From: a virus
Lineage: Duplodnaviria > Caudoviricetes
Virus record (IMG/VR): IMGVR_UViG_3300032332_002014
Span: 1 to 44,442 of that record
DNA length: 44,442 nucleotides
Direction: 5' to 3' (one strand)
The translations under genes and the position numbers were made by a program. The notes under the pieces are model-generated. The model had not been told where the DNA came from and searched no databases. It saw only the letters and a list, made by a program, of their open reading frames with translations. This document shows positions 8,738-17,617 of the stretch, piece by piece (positions within the stretch are counted from its first letter, which is position 1; each line of letters starts with the position of its first letter).

Positions 8738-9474
8738 AAAAACAAAAAACACTCACTTTAGACGTATGGGGCGGTTTAGGTGATAATTTACAAGTGTCAA
8801 CTATACCGAGACGTTTTTATGAAAAATTTGGTTATAAGGGGGTGTATATTTCAAATAGTGTACCGTGGAGAAATAAAGAAATTAAAGAGTTAGTCTGGGA
8901 TTTAAACCCGTATATTGCAGGGTTTACAGACAAAAAAGGCGTTAATATTGCAGATGCAGGCCTAATTCAATACGACGGTACAACCCATTGGATAGCAAAT
9001 ATGGAAAAAATTTATCAGTTTACCGCTCCTTTTTCAAAAACTCCCGAAATATATTACGACATGTCCTCAAAAGATAACTTTAATGTTTGTAACAAAATTA
9101 TAGTTGATCTAACAGCAAGTAATGAAAATAATACAATGGATAAAACAAATTATCGTAAAAATATGAAGAAATACTTTGATCAACTTCAAGATAAAATTAC
9201 CATTGTTAGACTTAATAACATTAAAACAGATAAAACTTTTATTGACTATACAGATGAAATTATTAGCAGTAAAAACTACGAATTTATAGATATCAATAAT
9301 ATTTACGAGTATTGTCAAATTATTAAAAACTGCAAAAAATATATATGTAGTTTTTCAGGTAATCATTGCTTAGCTGCTGCTATCCGAAAAGACTTTACTT
9401 GTTTCGCTCCAAATATATACTACAATATGAAATATTTCATATTTGAATCTCAAATAACATATGCACTAATATGA
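8725..9474 (+). CDS. putative GT-B fold glycosyltransferase (GT9/GT11-like)
   Basis: N-terminal GGLGDNLQ, NPY, and C-terminal ICSFSGNHCLAAAI. Confidence 0.6.
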   Translation: MDILKKQKTLTLDVWGGLGDNLQVSTIPRRFYEKFGYKGVYISNSVPWRNKEIKELVWDLNPYIAGFTDKKGVNIADAGLIQYDGTTHWIANMEKIYQFTAPFSKTPEIYYDMSSKDNFNVCNKIIVDLTASNENNTMDKTNYRKNMKKYFDQLQDKITIVRLNNIKTDKTFIDYTDEIISSKNYEFIDINNIYEYCQIIKNCKKYICSFSGNHCLAAAIRKDFTCFAPNIYYNMKYFIFESQITYALI

Positions 9475-10340
9475 TTTCAATATATACACACCTTAGTCCA
9501 AATAAATTTTCATTTTTTTCTGAATTAGAACACTCAAACTACACTTTTTCTGATATACCTGAATATGCTATAGAGAGTTTTAAGCAAACAGAAAAACATC
9601 TTAAAACACCACCTATTATTTTAACAAATACAGACATAGATAAAAATTTTAAAAAAGAAATCGATGAATTTTATCAGTTATGTAAAAATGGTTTTCCTTC
9701 CTTTTATAAAGACCCATTTTGGCTAACAACCTTGTTACGTCTTTATGTAGTCTTTTTATATTGTGAAAAACATAATATTAATGAGTTTATACACTTAGAG
9801 TACGATAATTTAATATATTCTGATTTAAAAGAGCTTACTCACCTACCTCAATCACTGTATTTTACAAGAGTTGGACCCTTTTGTAGTTCAGCAGGTTTTG
9901 TTTTTTGTAACAGTTTAGAACATTTTAGGAAATTTATAGATAAAGTTAAAAGTCTTTTTATAAAAGGAGAAGAAACTGTTAAAAAATTTACTCAATATGG
10001 GCACTTATCTGAAATGATTTTAATCGATTTAATTTATACACATACAAAAGAGGTTATAGATTATCTGCCTATATTGCCTTTTTCACCTGGCAATGACAAT
10101 TTTGATAAATTAAATGTTTTATTTGATGGTGCATCGTATGGGCAATATTTAGGAGGCACTAATAACGGACATAATAAAGGCTGGCACGGACTACATCATT
10201 ATGTGGGCCAAGAAATTTCTAGAAATTCAATACAAATTATCTTTGAAGATAAACCATATATTTTTTTTAACAGTAAAAAAATACCAATTTTAAATCTCCA
10301 TATACACTCAAAAAAATTAAAAAATTTTGTAAATGATTAA
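9471..10340 (+). CDS. putative glycosyltransferase-like protein
   Basis: RL...HLEYDNL (DxD-like), SEM, FDGASYGQYLGG and NLHIHSK motifs, within the GT cluster. Confidence 0.5.
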   Translation: MISIYTHLSPNKFSFFSELEHSNYTFSDIPEYAIESFKQTEKHLKTPPIILTNTDIDKNFKKEIDEFYQLCKNGFPSFYKDPFWLTTLLRLYVVFLYCEKHNINEFIHLEYDNLIYSDLKELTHLPQSLYFTRVGPFCSSAGFVFCNSLEHFRKFIDKVKSLFIKGEETVKKFTQYGHLSEMILIDLIYTHTKEVIDYLPILPFSPGNDNFDKLNVLFDGASYGQYLGGTNNGHNKGWHGLHHYVGQEISRNSIQIIFEDKPYIFFNSKKIPILNLHIHSKKLKNFVND

Positions 10341-11112
10341 AGAAGAAATAATAACAGGTAATACCTTTAAAAATATTGCAGATGATTTTTTAGATGAAGA
10401 AAAGCCTTATATAGATATATCTAAAAAACCAAAAATTATTTTTTTAAAAACTGATTGGATTGAGCTTTTTAAACAAAAGGTGCTACCTCAGATAGACTAT
10501 TCTTTTAAACTTATAACACATAATGCTGATAGACCTGCTCCTTCAGGAAATATAGATTTATTAGAAGATTCTAGACTTATTAAATGGTACGGGATGAATT
10601 GTCAAATTCAGCATCCAAAACTTCAACCGATACCTATAGGAATAGCTAATGAAAAATGGCCTCACGGTAATAAAGATATTTTACTAGACGTTATAAACAC
10701 CAATATACCTAAAACAAATCTTTGTTATAGTAATTTTGAAATTACAACTAATTTTAATAAAAGAACTGAAGTACTCAACACAGTTAAAACAAAATCTTTT
10801 ATTGATATAGATATACAAAAACTATCTTTTAAAAAATATTTAAGTAAACTTAAAAGTTATAAGTTTGTTATATCTCCTCCTGGTAATAGTGTAGACTGTC
10901 ATAGAATTTGGGAAGCATTATATTTAGATGTTATACCTATAGTAGAAAAAAATATAGCTATGAATTATTTTTATGACCTACCTATTTTATTTGTGGATTC
11001 GTTTAATGAACTAACATATAATATGTTAGAAAAAGAATACACTAATTTTTTAAAAGTTAAAAAAGACAAAATCTTTTTACAGTATTATCAAAATTTATTA
11101 CACTATATATGA
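10333..11112 (+). CDS. exostosin/GT47-like glycosyltransferase domain protein
   Basis: SYKFVISPPGNSVDCHRIWEALYLDVIPIV motif, plus THNAD and PIPIGI. Confidence 0.75.
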   Translation: MIKEEIITGNTFKNIADDFLDEEKPYIDISKKPKIIFLKTDWIELFKQKVLPQIDYSFKLITHNADRPAPSGNIDLLEDSRLIKWYGMNCQIQHPKLQPIPIGIANEKWPHGNKDILLDVINTNIPKTNLCYSNFEITTNFNKRTEVLNTVKTKSFIDIDIQKLSFKKYLSKLKSYKFVISPPGNSVDCHRIWEALYLDVIPIVEKNIAMNYFYDLPILFVDSFNELTYNMLEKEYTNFLKVKKDKIFLQYYQNLLHYI

Positions 11113-11696
11113 ATACACCAACGCTATGGATAGGAGACGGTCCTTTTGCAAAAGACCCTTACGTAGAAAAAACTGTTACTAATTTAATTGACAAATATAA
11201 ATGCACTCATGCTGTTGAAACAGGTACTATGAAAGGTATTACAACAAAATGGTTATCAAAAAAATTTGAAAAGGTTTACACTATTGAGTTAGATGACTAT
11301 TATCATAACTATGCACAAGAGGCTTGCAAACCTTTTGAAAATATCTCCTTTATAAAAGGAGATTCTGTTTCTCAATTAACAAATATTTTACCTGAAATTG
11401 CAGATAAAAAATGTTTATTTTTTCTAGATGCACACTGTCATGCAGTATGTCCTACGCCCAGTGAACTTATTATTATTAAAAATATGAAAGTTTTTCCTGT
11501 GATAGTTATACATGATTTTTATGTGCCGGGAACAAACTTTGGTTGGGACTCATACCCTTCATTTGAATACAAGTGGGAAAATATCTCTAATTTAATTGAT
11601 GATATTTACGGTGCTAATAATTACGAGTACTTTTATAATACAGAAACTCATCCTGAAAGTTTTAATAGAGGGGTTGTCTTTATTGTACCAAAATAA
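11109..11696 (+). CDS. class I SAM-dependent methyltransferase
   Basis: VETGTMKG, VYTIE, GDS, FFLDAH and IVIHD motifs. Confidence 0.8.
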   Translation: MNTPTLWIGDGPFAKDPYVEKTVTNLIDKYKCTHAVETGTMKGITTKWLSKKFEKVYTIELDDYYHNYAQEACKPFENISFIKGDSVSQLTNILPEIADKKCLFFLDAHCHAVCPTPSELIIIKNMKVFPVIVIHDFYVPGTNFGWDSYPSFEYKWENISNLIDDIYGANNYEYFYNTETHPESFNRGVVFIVPK

Positions 11697-12379
11697 TGAA
11701 TGTTCAAATATATATTTGTCATTACCCACCTTTAATAGATAGGAAGCTATATCTAGATACAGTTTTACCTTCTTTAAACATACCGTATAGTTATTTTAGC
11801 TATTTTAATCGCAAAAATATTACACCCTACGAAAAATACTTTAGCACAGATAGTAAAGTTTTGGAGCATAAAAATAATTTTATGCCACATAAGTGTTACG
11901 AGCCTTTAAAATCTCCATCGATAAAAGCTACAAATCTAGAACATGTACGTATATACCGCGAAATTCAAACAAACAATTCAGATTACCATTTAATTTTGGA
12001 AGATGATGCAGTACTATCTGATAATTTTAAACAAAAGCTTTTTAACACTATTGAAAATTTACCTAATGATTGGGATGTTGTATATGTAAGTAGTGGTTGC
12101 GAAAACCGACCTGTTATACGGAGCCTCGATGGTTCTAATTTTGCAAAAATAGAAACAAAAACAAGTTGGACAGCAAATGGTTATTTAGTTAAAAAAGAAA
12201 CAGCTAAAAAATTTATCGATAATATAAGACCAATGATTTTACCTATCGATTTTGAACTTAATTTTTTACAAAATTATTTAAATATGAACGTTTACTGGCT
12301 TGTTGAACCTATAGTTTTTGAAGGTTCAAATCCTGTATCAGGATTAAACTACAAATACAACACAAGTCAAATTCGCTAA
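11696..12379 (+). CDS. GT25-family glycosyltransferase
   Basis: YICH...DR, H...LILEDDA, LPNDWDVVY, TANGYLV and PID motifs. Confidence 0.8.
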   Translation: MNVQIYICHYPPLIDRKLYLDTVLPSLNIPYSYFSYFNRKNITPYEKYFSTDSKVLEHKNNFMPHKCYEPLKSPSIKATNLEHVRIYREIQTNNSDYHLILEDDAVLSDNFKQKLFNTIENLPNDWDVVYVSSGCENRPVIRSLDGSNFAKIETKTSWTANGYLVKKETAKKFIDNIRPMILPIDFELNFLQNYLNMNVYWLVEPIVFEGSNPVSGLNYKYNTSQIR

Positions 12380-12382
12380 ATT

Positions 12383-13174
12383 ATGATGCAACTAACAACC
12401 CGTATTTATCCAGAAGAGTATTTAGAGGAGATTAAAAAAACCCTTGAGATTTGGACACACAAAATTAATACAAGCAATAACTTTGCTTTTATTAAATTCG
12501 GGGATGGTGAATTTTTTTGCATGATGGGTACGAGTGGCTCTAACTGCGATCAACACCCTTACACCCTTGATCTACAAAAGAAGCTTATCAATGCTTGGAA
12601 CTATTATTGTGATAATAAACAACACGATGTGTATATTGCTGAATGGGCTGACCAGCCAGGATCTTTTGAAATGCCACAAAATATTCTACCTCAAAAAAAT
12701 ATCAATAACCCTGTTTTTGCTTTTTATAAACAAATAACAGAAAACAAAAATCTTAATTTTAAATTAGTAAATTTTGAAATTTTATTACAAAATACACTTA
12801 CACAACAAAAGTATAATTTTTATAAAGCTATTAAAAACTCTAAACGTAAAAAAATATTTATAGGACCTGAAAGACTATCTCCTGTCCAGAAATTTTTAAA
12901 TGTAGATATACATATACAAGTACCTCTAATAAACACTTTTTCAAAATATAATGAAATTTTACTACACTGTAAACAAACCTTTACACAAAATGCAATTTAT
13001 ATTTTTAGTAGCGGCATGCCTACAAAAGCCTTAATATTTGAATTATTACAAGAAATAAAAGACATTACTTGTTTAGATGTAGGTAGCGGATTTGATGCAT
13101 TATTTGTAGGTGGTACAAGAGAGGGCCAGCTCGATAAAGCAATAGTTACATCTTTTTATAAAGATTTATTATGA
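12383..13174 (+). CDS. GT-D fold (DUF1792-like) glycosyltransferase
   Basis: FIKFGDGE, SSGMPTK and LDVGSGFD motifs. Confidence 0.7.
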   Translation: MMQLTTRIYPEEYLEEIKKTLEIWTHKINTSNNFAFIKFGDGEFFCMMGTSGSNCDQHPYTLDLQKKLINAWNYYCDNKQHDVYIAEWADQPGSFEMPQNILPQKNINNPVFAFYKQITENKNLNFKLVNFEILLQNTLTQQKYNFYKAIKNSKRKKIFIGPERLSPVQKFLNVDIHIQVPLINTFSKYNEILLHCKQTFTQNAIYIFSSGMPTKALIFELLQEIKDITCLDVGSGFDALFVGGTREGQLDKAIVTSFYKDLL

Positions 13175-13953
13175 GTAAAAATTTTGTATATATTTCAAAC
13201 TATCAAGGCCGTTTAGGGAATCATATATTTCAATTTGCTTGGGCAAAAGCCGTTTCCTTGAAGCTTAATAAAGAACTTTCAGTACCAGGTATAGCATGCG
13301 ATCCCGAAAAAGATGAAGGTTCTTTGTTTCTAAAAACTCATTTTTTAAGACATATTAAACCCTCTGATAAATGCATAAATGATTTCGTAGAAATAAATGA
13401 TAGTAACTCCGAACTACCTTTTACCAGACCTGATTTATTTGCAAATAAATCTATAAAGGGAACAGGCTTTTTTCAAAACTATCACTTGTTTAAAACTTAT
13501 AAAAACGAAATTAAACCTTATTTTGAGTTAAAAACATGCTCTAACATGAAAAATACTCTAGGCATACATATTAGATTAGATGACTTCCCTCAACAATTTC
13601 GTTGCCCGTTAGAATATTACATAAAATGTATTGAACAAACGTCTTGCGATCATATTCGTATTTTTACAGATGAACCTACACATCCTTTTATTACAACATT
13701 AAAATTAAAATTTAACAATCTAACGGTTGATAACTCTTATACGTGTACAGGTCAAAATAATTTTGCGGTTTTAAGTGAAATGTCTTCATGTGATGAAATT
13801 GCCATTTCGAAAAGTTCTTACTCATGGTGGGCTGCATATTTGAGCAATGCTCAAAAAGTCTATTTCCCTTCTACACCAAACAACACAGAATATTTTGCTG
13901 ATGAATTTTATTTTGTAGATAATGAGCAAAGATATATTAAAATAACTGTTTAG
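13171..13953 (+). CDS. GT11 alpha-1,2-fucosyltransferase-like protein
   Basis: GRLGNHIFQ, GFFQ, GIHIRLDD, IFTD and SSYSWWAAYL motifs. Confidence 0.85.
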   Translation: MSKNFVYISNYQGRLGNHIFQFAWAKAVSLKLNKELSVPGIACDPEKDEGSLFLKTHFLRHIKPSDKCINDFVEINDSNSELPFTRPDLFANKSIKGTGFFQNYHLFKTYKNEIKPYFELKTCSNMKNTLGIHIRLDDFPQQFRCPLEYYIKCIEQTSCDHIRIFTDEPTHPFITTLKLKFNNLTVDNSYTCTGQNNFAVLSEMSSCDEIAISKSSYSWWAAYLSNAQKVYFPSTPNNTEYFADEFYFVDNEQRYIKITV

Positions 13954-13961
13954 TTTTATAT

Positions 13962-14573
13962 ATGTTTTACTCGTTTTCTAAAATTTTACAAAATTTTAAC
14001 ATAACCCCGACGGGCGTTATACATGTTGGCGCACATAACGGCAGTGATGTGCATTTTTACTTAAAACAAAACATTTCCCACGGACATTTTTTTGAACCTA
14101 TACGTTCTAATTTCTTACAAGTAGTAGAAAATTGTAAAAATACAAATTACAAATGTTATAATGTTGCATTAGGATGTGAAATCGGGGAGGCTCAGATGTT
14201 TACAGAACAAGATAATCGAGGAGAATCTTGTTCAATACTTGAACCACAACTACATTTAAATCTGTTCCCGCATATAAAATTTACAGGGAAAGAAAAAGTG
14301 GTATTAAACACGCTAGATAATTACAAAATTACAGATTGCAATTTTTTAAACATGGATGTGCAAGGGTACGAACTAGAAGTCTTAAAGGGAAGTACAAAAA
14401 CACTTAATAATATACAAATTCTTTACACTGAAATTAATCGAGCTGAGGTTTACAAAAATTGTGCGCAATTACATCAGCTAGTAGACTTTTTAGCACCGTA
14501 CGGATTTCAGCTTATAGAAACAGATTGGTATCAAGACGGGTGTTGGGGAGACGGCCTTTTTATTAAAAAATAA
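13962..14573 (+). CDS. FkbM-family methyltransferase
   Basis: IHVGAHNG, FEP, TLD, MDVQGYELEVLKG and WGDGLF motifs. Confidence 0.88.
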   Translation: MFYSFSKILQNFNITPTGVIHVGAHNGSDVHFYLKQNISHGHFFEPIRSNFLQVVENCKNTNYKCYNVALGCEIGEAQMFTEQDNRGESCSILEPQLHLNLFPHIKFTGKEKVVLNTLDNYKITDCNFLNMDVQGYELEVLKGSTKTLNNIQILYTEINRAEVYKNCAQLHQLVDFLAPYGFQLIETDWYQDGCWGDGLFIKK

Positions 14574-14574
14574 A

Positions 14575-15411
14575 ATGATCACATTTACATCACTTGGATC
14601 TCACGGACGACTAGGCAATCAGTTTTTTCAATATGCCTTTTTGATAGGTGTTAGTAAGAAATATAATTTACAAATTTGCTTACCCGATTTAAACGCAAAA
14701 GTATCGAATAATCAAACATGCCTATTAAACAGTTTTAATATTGAATATAAACCACTCAATTTTAATGATATTAAATATTTTTGTCAAGAAATTGAATTAA
14801 AAAGTAATAGTATTTTTAATACATATAACCCACAAAATATAGAAAACATACATAGTGGTACAGATTTTCTAGGTTTATATCAGAGTTATAAATATTGGAT
14901 TGATTATAAAGATGAAGTTAAAAAGCAATTCACAGTTAAAAGTATAGAAATTTTAGATACTGCTAAAAACAAAATAAACGAATTAAAGAAACAATATAAC
15001 AAACCTATTATAGCAGTACATCTTCGCAGAGGAGATGTTACTCAGTATATTGATTATAATGAGTATAAAAAATATCTTAGCACTGTTTTAAAAAATATAA
15101 AAGATTCAAAAAATTGCTTTTATTATATATTTACAGGTGGATCTGCTGACCCTATTGAGGATAAAAAAGATATAGAATGGGTAAAGGAATTTTATAAAGA
15201 GTTACCTTACTTTGAAGTATGTCAAACAGGTAACCCGATATTAGACTTTGCTCTTATACAAGAATGTGATCAGATTGTACTTGGCTATATATCTACTTTT
15301 GCCTGGTGGGCCGCTTTTCTTTCTGAAAAACCTACTTATGTCCCACAACATTTTAATATTAATAGTGAGCTTAGGTTAAATTACTACCCAGAAACATTTA
15401 ATATATGTTAG
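14575..15411 (+). CDS. GT11 alpha-1,2-fucosyltransferase-like protein
   Basis: GRLGNQFFQY, GLYQSYKY, VHLRRGD and STFAWWAAFL motifs. Confidence 0.87.
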   Translation: MITFTSLGSHGRLGNQFFQYAFLIGVSKKYNLQICLPDLNAKVSNNQTCLLNSFNIEYKPLNFNDIKYFCQEIELKSNSIFNTYNPQNIENIHSGTDFLGLYQSYKYWIDYKDEVKKQFTVKSIEILDTAKNKINELKKQYNKPIIAVHLRRGDVTQYIDYNEYKKYLSTVLKNIKDSKNCFYYIFTGGSADPIEDKKDIEWVKEFYKELPYFEVCQTGNPILDFALIQECDQIVLGYISTFAWWAAFLSEKPTYVPQHFNINSELRLNYYPETFNIC

Positions 15412-16136
15412 CAACCTTTACACAAACATACGGTGATAATAGAAATATTATATATAGTGGTAAAAATCTTGATATAGGAGATATCTTTATACGTAAAAAT
15501 ATACCTATTAATTTCTACTCTTTTCATAATACACAAAATAAGGACAGTATTTTAAGTAACAACTATTTTAAAGAAATAAATTTTAATATAATTGAGTATA
15601 ATAATATTAATTTCCCGGAAACTCTTAAACAAACACTTCATTACTTAAAAAAACAAAATATTAAAAAGGTGTTGTTATTGCAAGATGATGTATTTTGTAG
15701 CATACAGGATACATCTTTACTAAAAGACTTTTTAGATGTTTTAAATACTGATTATGAATGTCTTAATTTAGAGCTAAGTTTTGATTTTATTAACAGTAAA
15801 CAAAATTTAATAAGAAACATTAATAAAATTAATAATACTTTTACAGTGCATGAAGTATTTACTCACGACTATAAACCTACAGGGTTTTTTCCTTTTGATG
15901 ATGGTCCCTGCTTAGCTTCTATAGATTTTCTTTTAAACGAAGTGTACGATGATCACTACTTTGCTCACGACAATATATGGGATGCAGAAAACTATTTAAA
16001 TAGAAAATTTTCTGAAAGAGAAAAAACCCTTAGACCTGTCTTAAATATGCCTGTTTATCGTAGATACAATATTGTAGGAAAAAACTACAATATAAGTCAC
16101 GTACATGAACTTGTTAACTGCTTAAGCAAAAAATAA
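15405..16136 (+). CDS. putative GT-A fold glycosyltransferase-like protein
   Basis: VLLLQDDVF (DxD-like) and IWDAE motifs, within the GT cluster. Confidence 0.5.
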   Translation: MLATFTQTYGDNRNIIYSGKNLDIGDIFIRKNIPINFYSFHNTQNKDSILSNNYFKEINFNIIEYNNINFPETLKQTLHYLKKQNIKKVLLLQDDVFCSIQDTSLLKDFLDVLNTDYECLNLELSFDFINSKQNLIRNINKINNTFTVHEVFTHDYKPTGFFPFDDGPCLASIDFLLNEVYDDHYFAHDNIWDAENYLNRKFSEREKTLRPVLNMPVYRRYNIVGKNYNISHVHELVNCLSKK

Positions 16137-16763
16137 TTCAGTAATATTATTATGCGACTTATTTTCAATAGCATTTTTAACTATAACACTAGGGTCAATA
16201 TACCAATCTTCAAAACAGTTACCGTTGTGAGTTACGTCACTAACAACAAGTTTGTAATTTAATTTTTTTAAAAACTCTCGAGATGCTTGTTGAACTTCAA
16301 CACCGAAACGATACAAATCGTGTTCAAATGTTAAAACTGAAAAACGATAGTCTTCGTGAGGTAGCTGATATAAAGCTTTTAAAGTATTGGTAGAAGGTTC
16401 TACGTCAAGAGATATATAATCAATCTGCTTAGGATATTTTAATGCTTTAAATAGTGTTTTGTAGTCAAATTTTGTAGCATCCGCCTCAATACACTTATTA
16501 ACACGTTTTTGATTATAGGCAGCTACCATACCACTATCAATATCAAAAGCTGTACCTGTCCACTCAAAATCTTTTTCAAGTAAATAAGTGTTATTGAGAT
16601 AACAAGGTTCATAGCTACCTACATCTATATAAACACCGTTTTTTTTACCGTTAAGCATTGTTAGTACAAACATATCCTGTAATGCTTGAGAATAGTTTTG
16701 TTTAATATTTTCAGAGCCGTCAAATTTAACTTTTAACCTTTTAAATAAATCTTTTGTAAACAT
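16122..16763 (-). CDS. FkbM/Methyltransf_21-like methyltransferase, inverted within the island
   Basis: YSQALQD, YIDVGS, NNTYLLE...WTG, IDYISLDVE, TFEHD and EDWY motifs. Confidence 0.8.
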   Translation of the reverse strand: MFTKDLFKRLKVKFDGSENIKQNYSQALQDMFVLTMLNGKKNGVYIDVGSYEPCYLNNTYLLEKDFEWTGTAFDIDSGMVAAYNQKRVNKCIEADATKFDYKTLFKALKYPKQIDYISLDVEPSTNTLKALYQLPHEDYRFSVLTFEHDLYRFGVEVQQASREFLKKLNYKLVVSDVTHNGNCFEDWYIDPSVIVKNAIENKSHNNITELFFA

Positions 16764-16771
16764 TGTTAATA

Positions 16772-16777
16772 TATTTA
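16772..16777 (-). promoter_or_regulatory. late promoter core TAAATA for the inverted methyltransferase
   Basis: The minus strand reads gctaaatatattaacaATG (8-nt gap). Confidence 0.5.
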
Positions 16778-16843
16778 GCTCATTATATGAAAAAGTAAAA
16801 TTTTTTACTGGAGTATATTTCGAAACAATATATTATAGATGAT

Positions 16844-17617
16844 ATGTTCGAAAGCGATTATGCAAATTATAGCTCTATTTGTCAGCAAGCTGTAGATAAT
16901 GACGAAATGTTTAAAACATTTAAAGATAATCCTGTTTATCGTTCGATTCTTGAACACGTTAATGTTGAACAAGCACAGGTTTATTTGTCCCTTATTAGCA
17001 CAAATGAACACTTTAATCAAATTCCTTGGGACAAAATTTTTATTAATGATACAATTGGCGGCCCTCAAATTAATAATTTTATTGTTAATAACAAGGAATA
17101 CAATGTTTCGCCATCCAATTTTAGGTACGTACATTTTGGTTTAGAGATACTTAAAAATTTAAAACAATGCAACAACAATACACCTAATATTATTGAAATA
17201 GGTGGAGGTTACGGCGGACAATGTTATATAATTCACCTGTTAGCACCACTCTACGGTATTAAAATTAAGAGTTACACTATTTTAGATCTGCCAAGTCCGG
17301 TTGCACTTGCAAATAAATTTATAAGCACTATTAGTCCTGATATTAATGCCAAAGCGTATGTGTATAGTAATGTTGATATAACATATCAAAGTATTAACTA
17401 TCTTGTTTCAAACTACGCATATAGTGAGCTTGATAAAAATACTAGAGATGTATATGCTGAAAAAGTTCTGTGTAAAACAGCAGCAGGCTATCTTGCATGG
17501 AATACCGCAGAATCTTTAGATAGTTTTTTTAGTACAGTTGTAACTAAAATTACTGAAGAGGTACCTAAAACCAGCCCAAACAATTTTATTGTAACGTATG
17601 CGTCTAGTCAGCTTTAA
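16844..17617 (+). CDS. putative sugar O-methyltransferase
   Basis: ILEHV, RY, IIEIGGGYGGQ, ILDLP and SNYAYSEL motifs. Confidence 0.75.
   Translation: MFESDYANYSSICQQAVDNDEMFKTFKDNPVYRSILEHVNVEQAQVYLSLISTNEHFNQIPWDKIFINDTIGGPQINNFIVNNKEYNVSPSNFRYVHFGLEILKNLKQCNNNTPNIIEIGGGYGGQCYIIHLLAPLYGIKIKSYTILDLPSPVALANKFISTISPDINAKAYVYSNVDITYQSINYLVSNYAYSELDKNTRDVYAEKVLCKTAAGYLAWNTAESLDSFFSTVVTKITEEVPKTSPNNFIVTYASSQL

Noticed and set aside
7137-16136. Poly-A/poly-T runs of 7-8 nt in GT genes as phase-variation tracts
   Set aside because: Such runs are expected in DNA this AT-rich, similar runs occur outside the island, and all the frames are intact.
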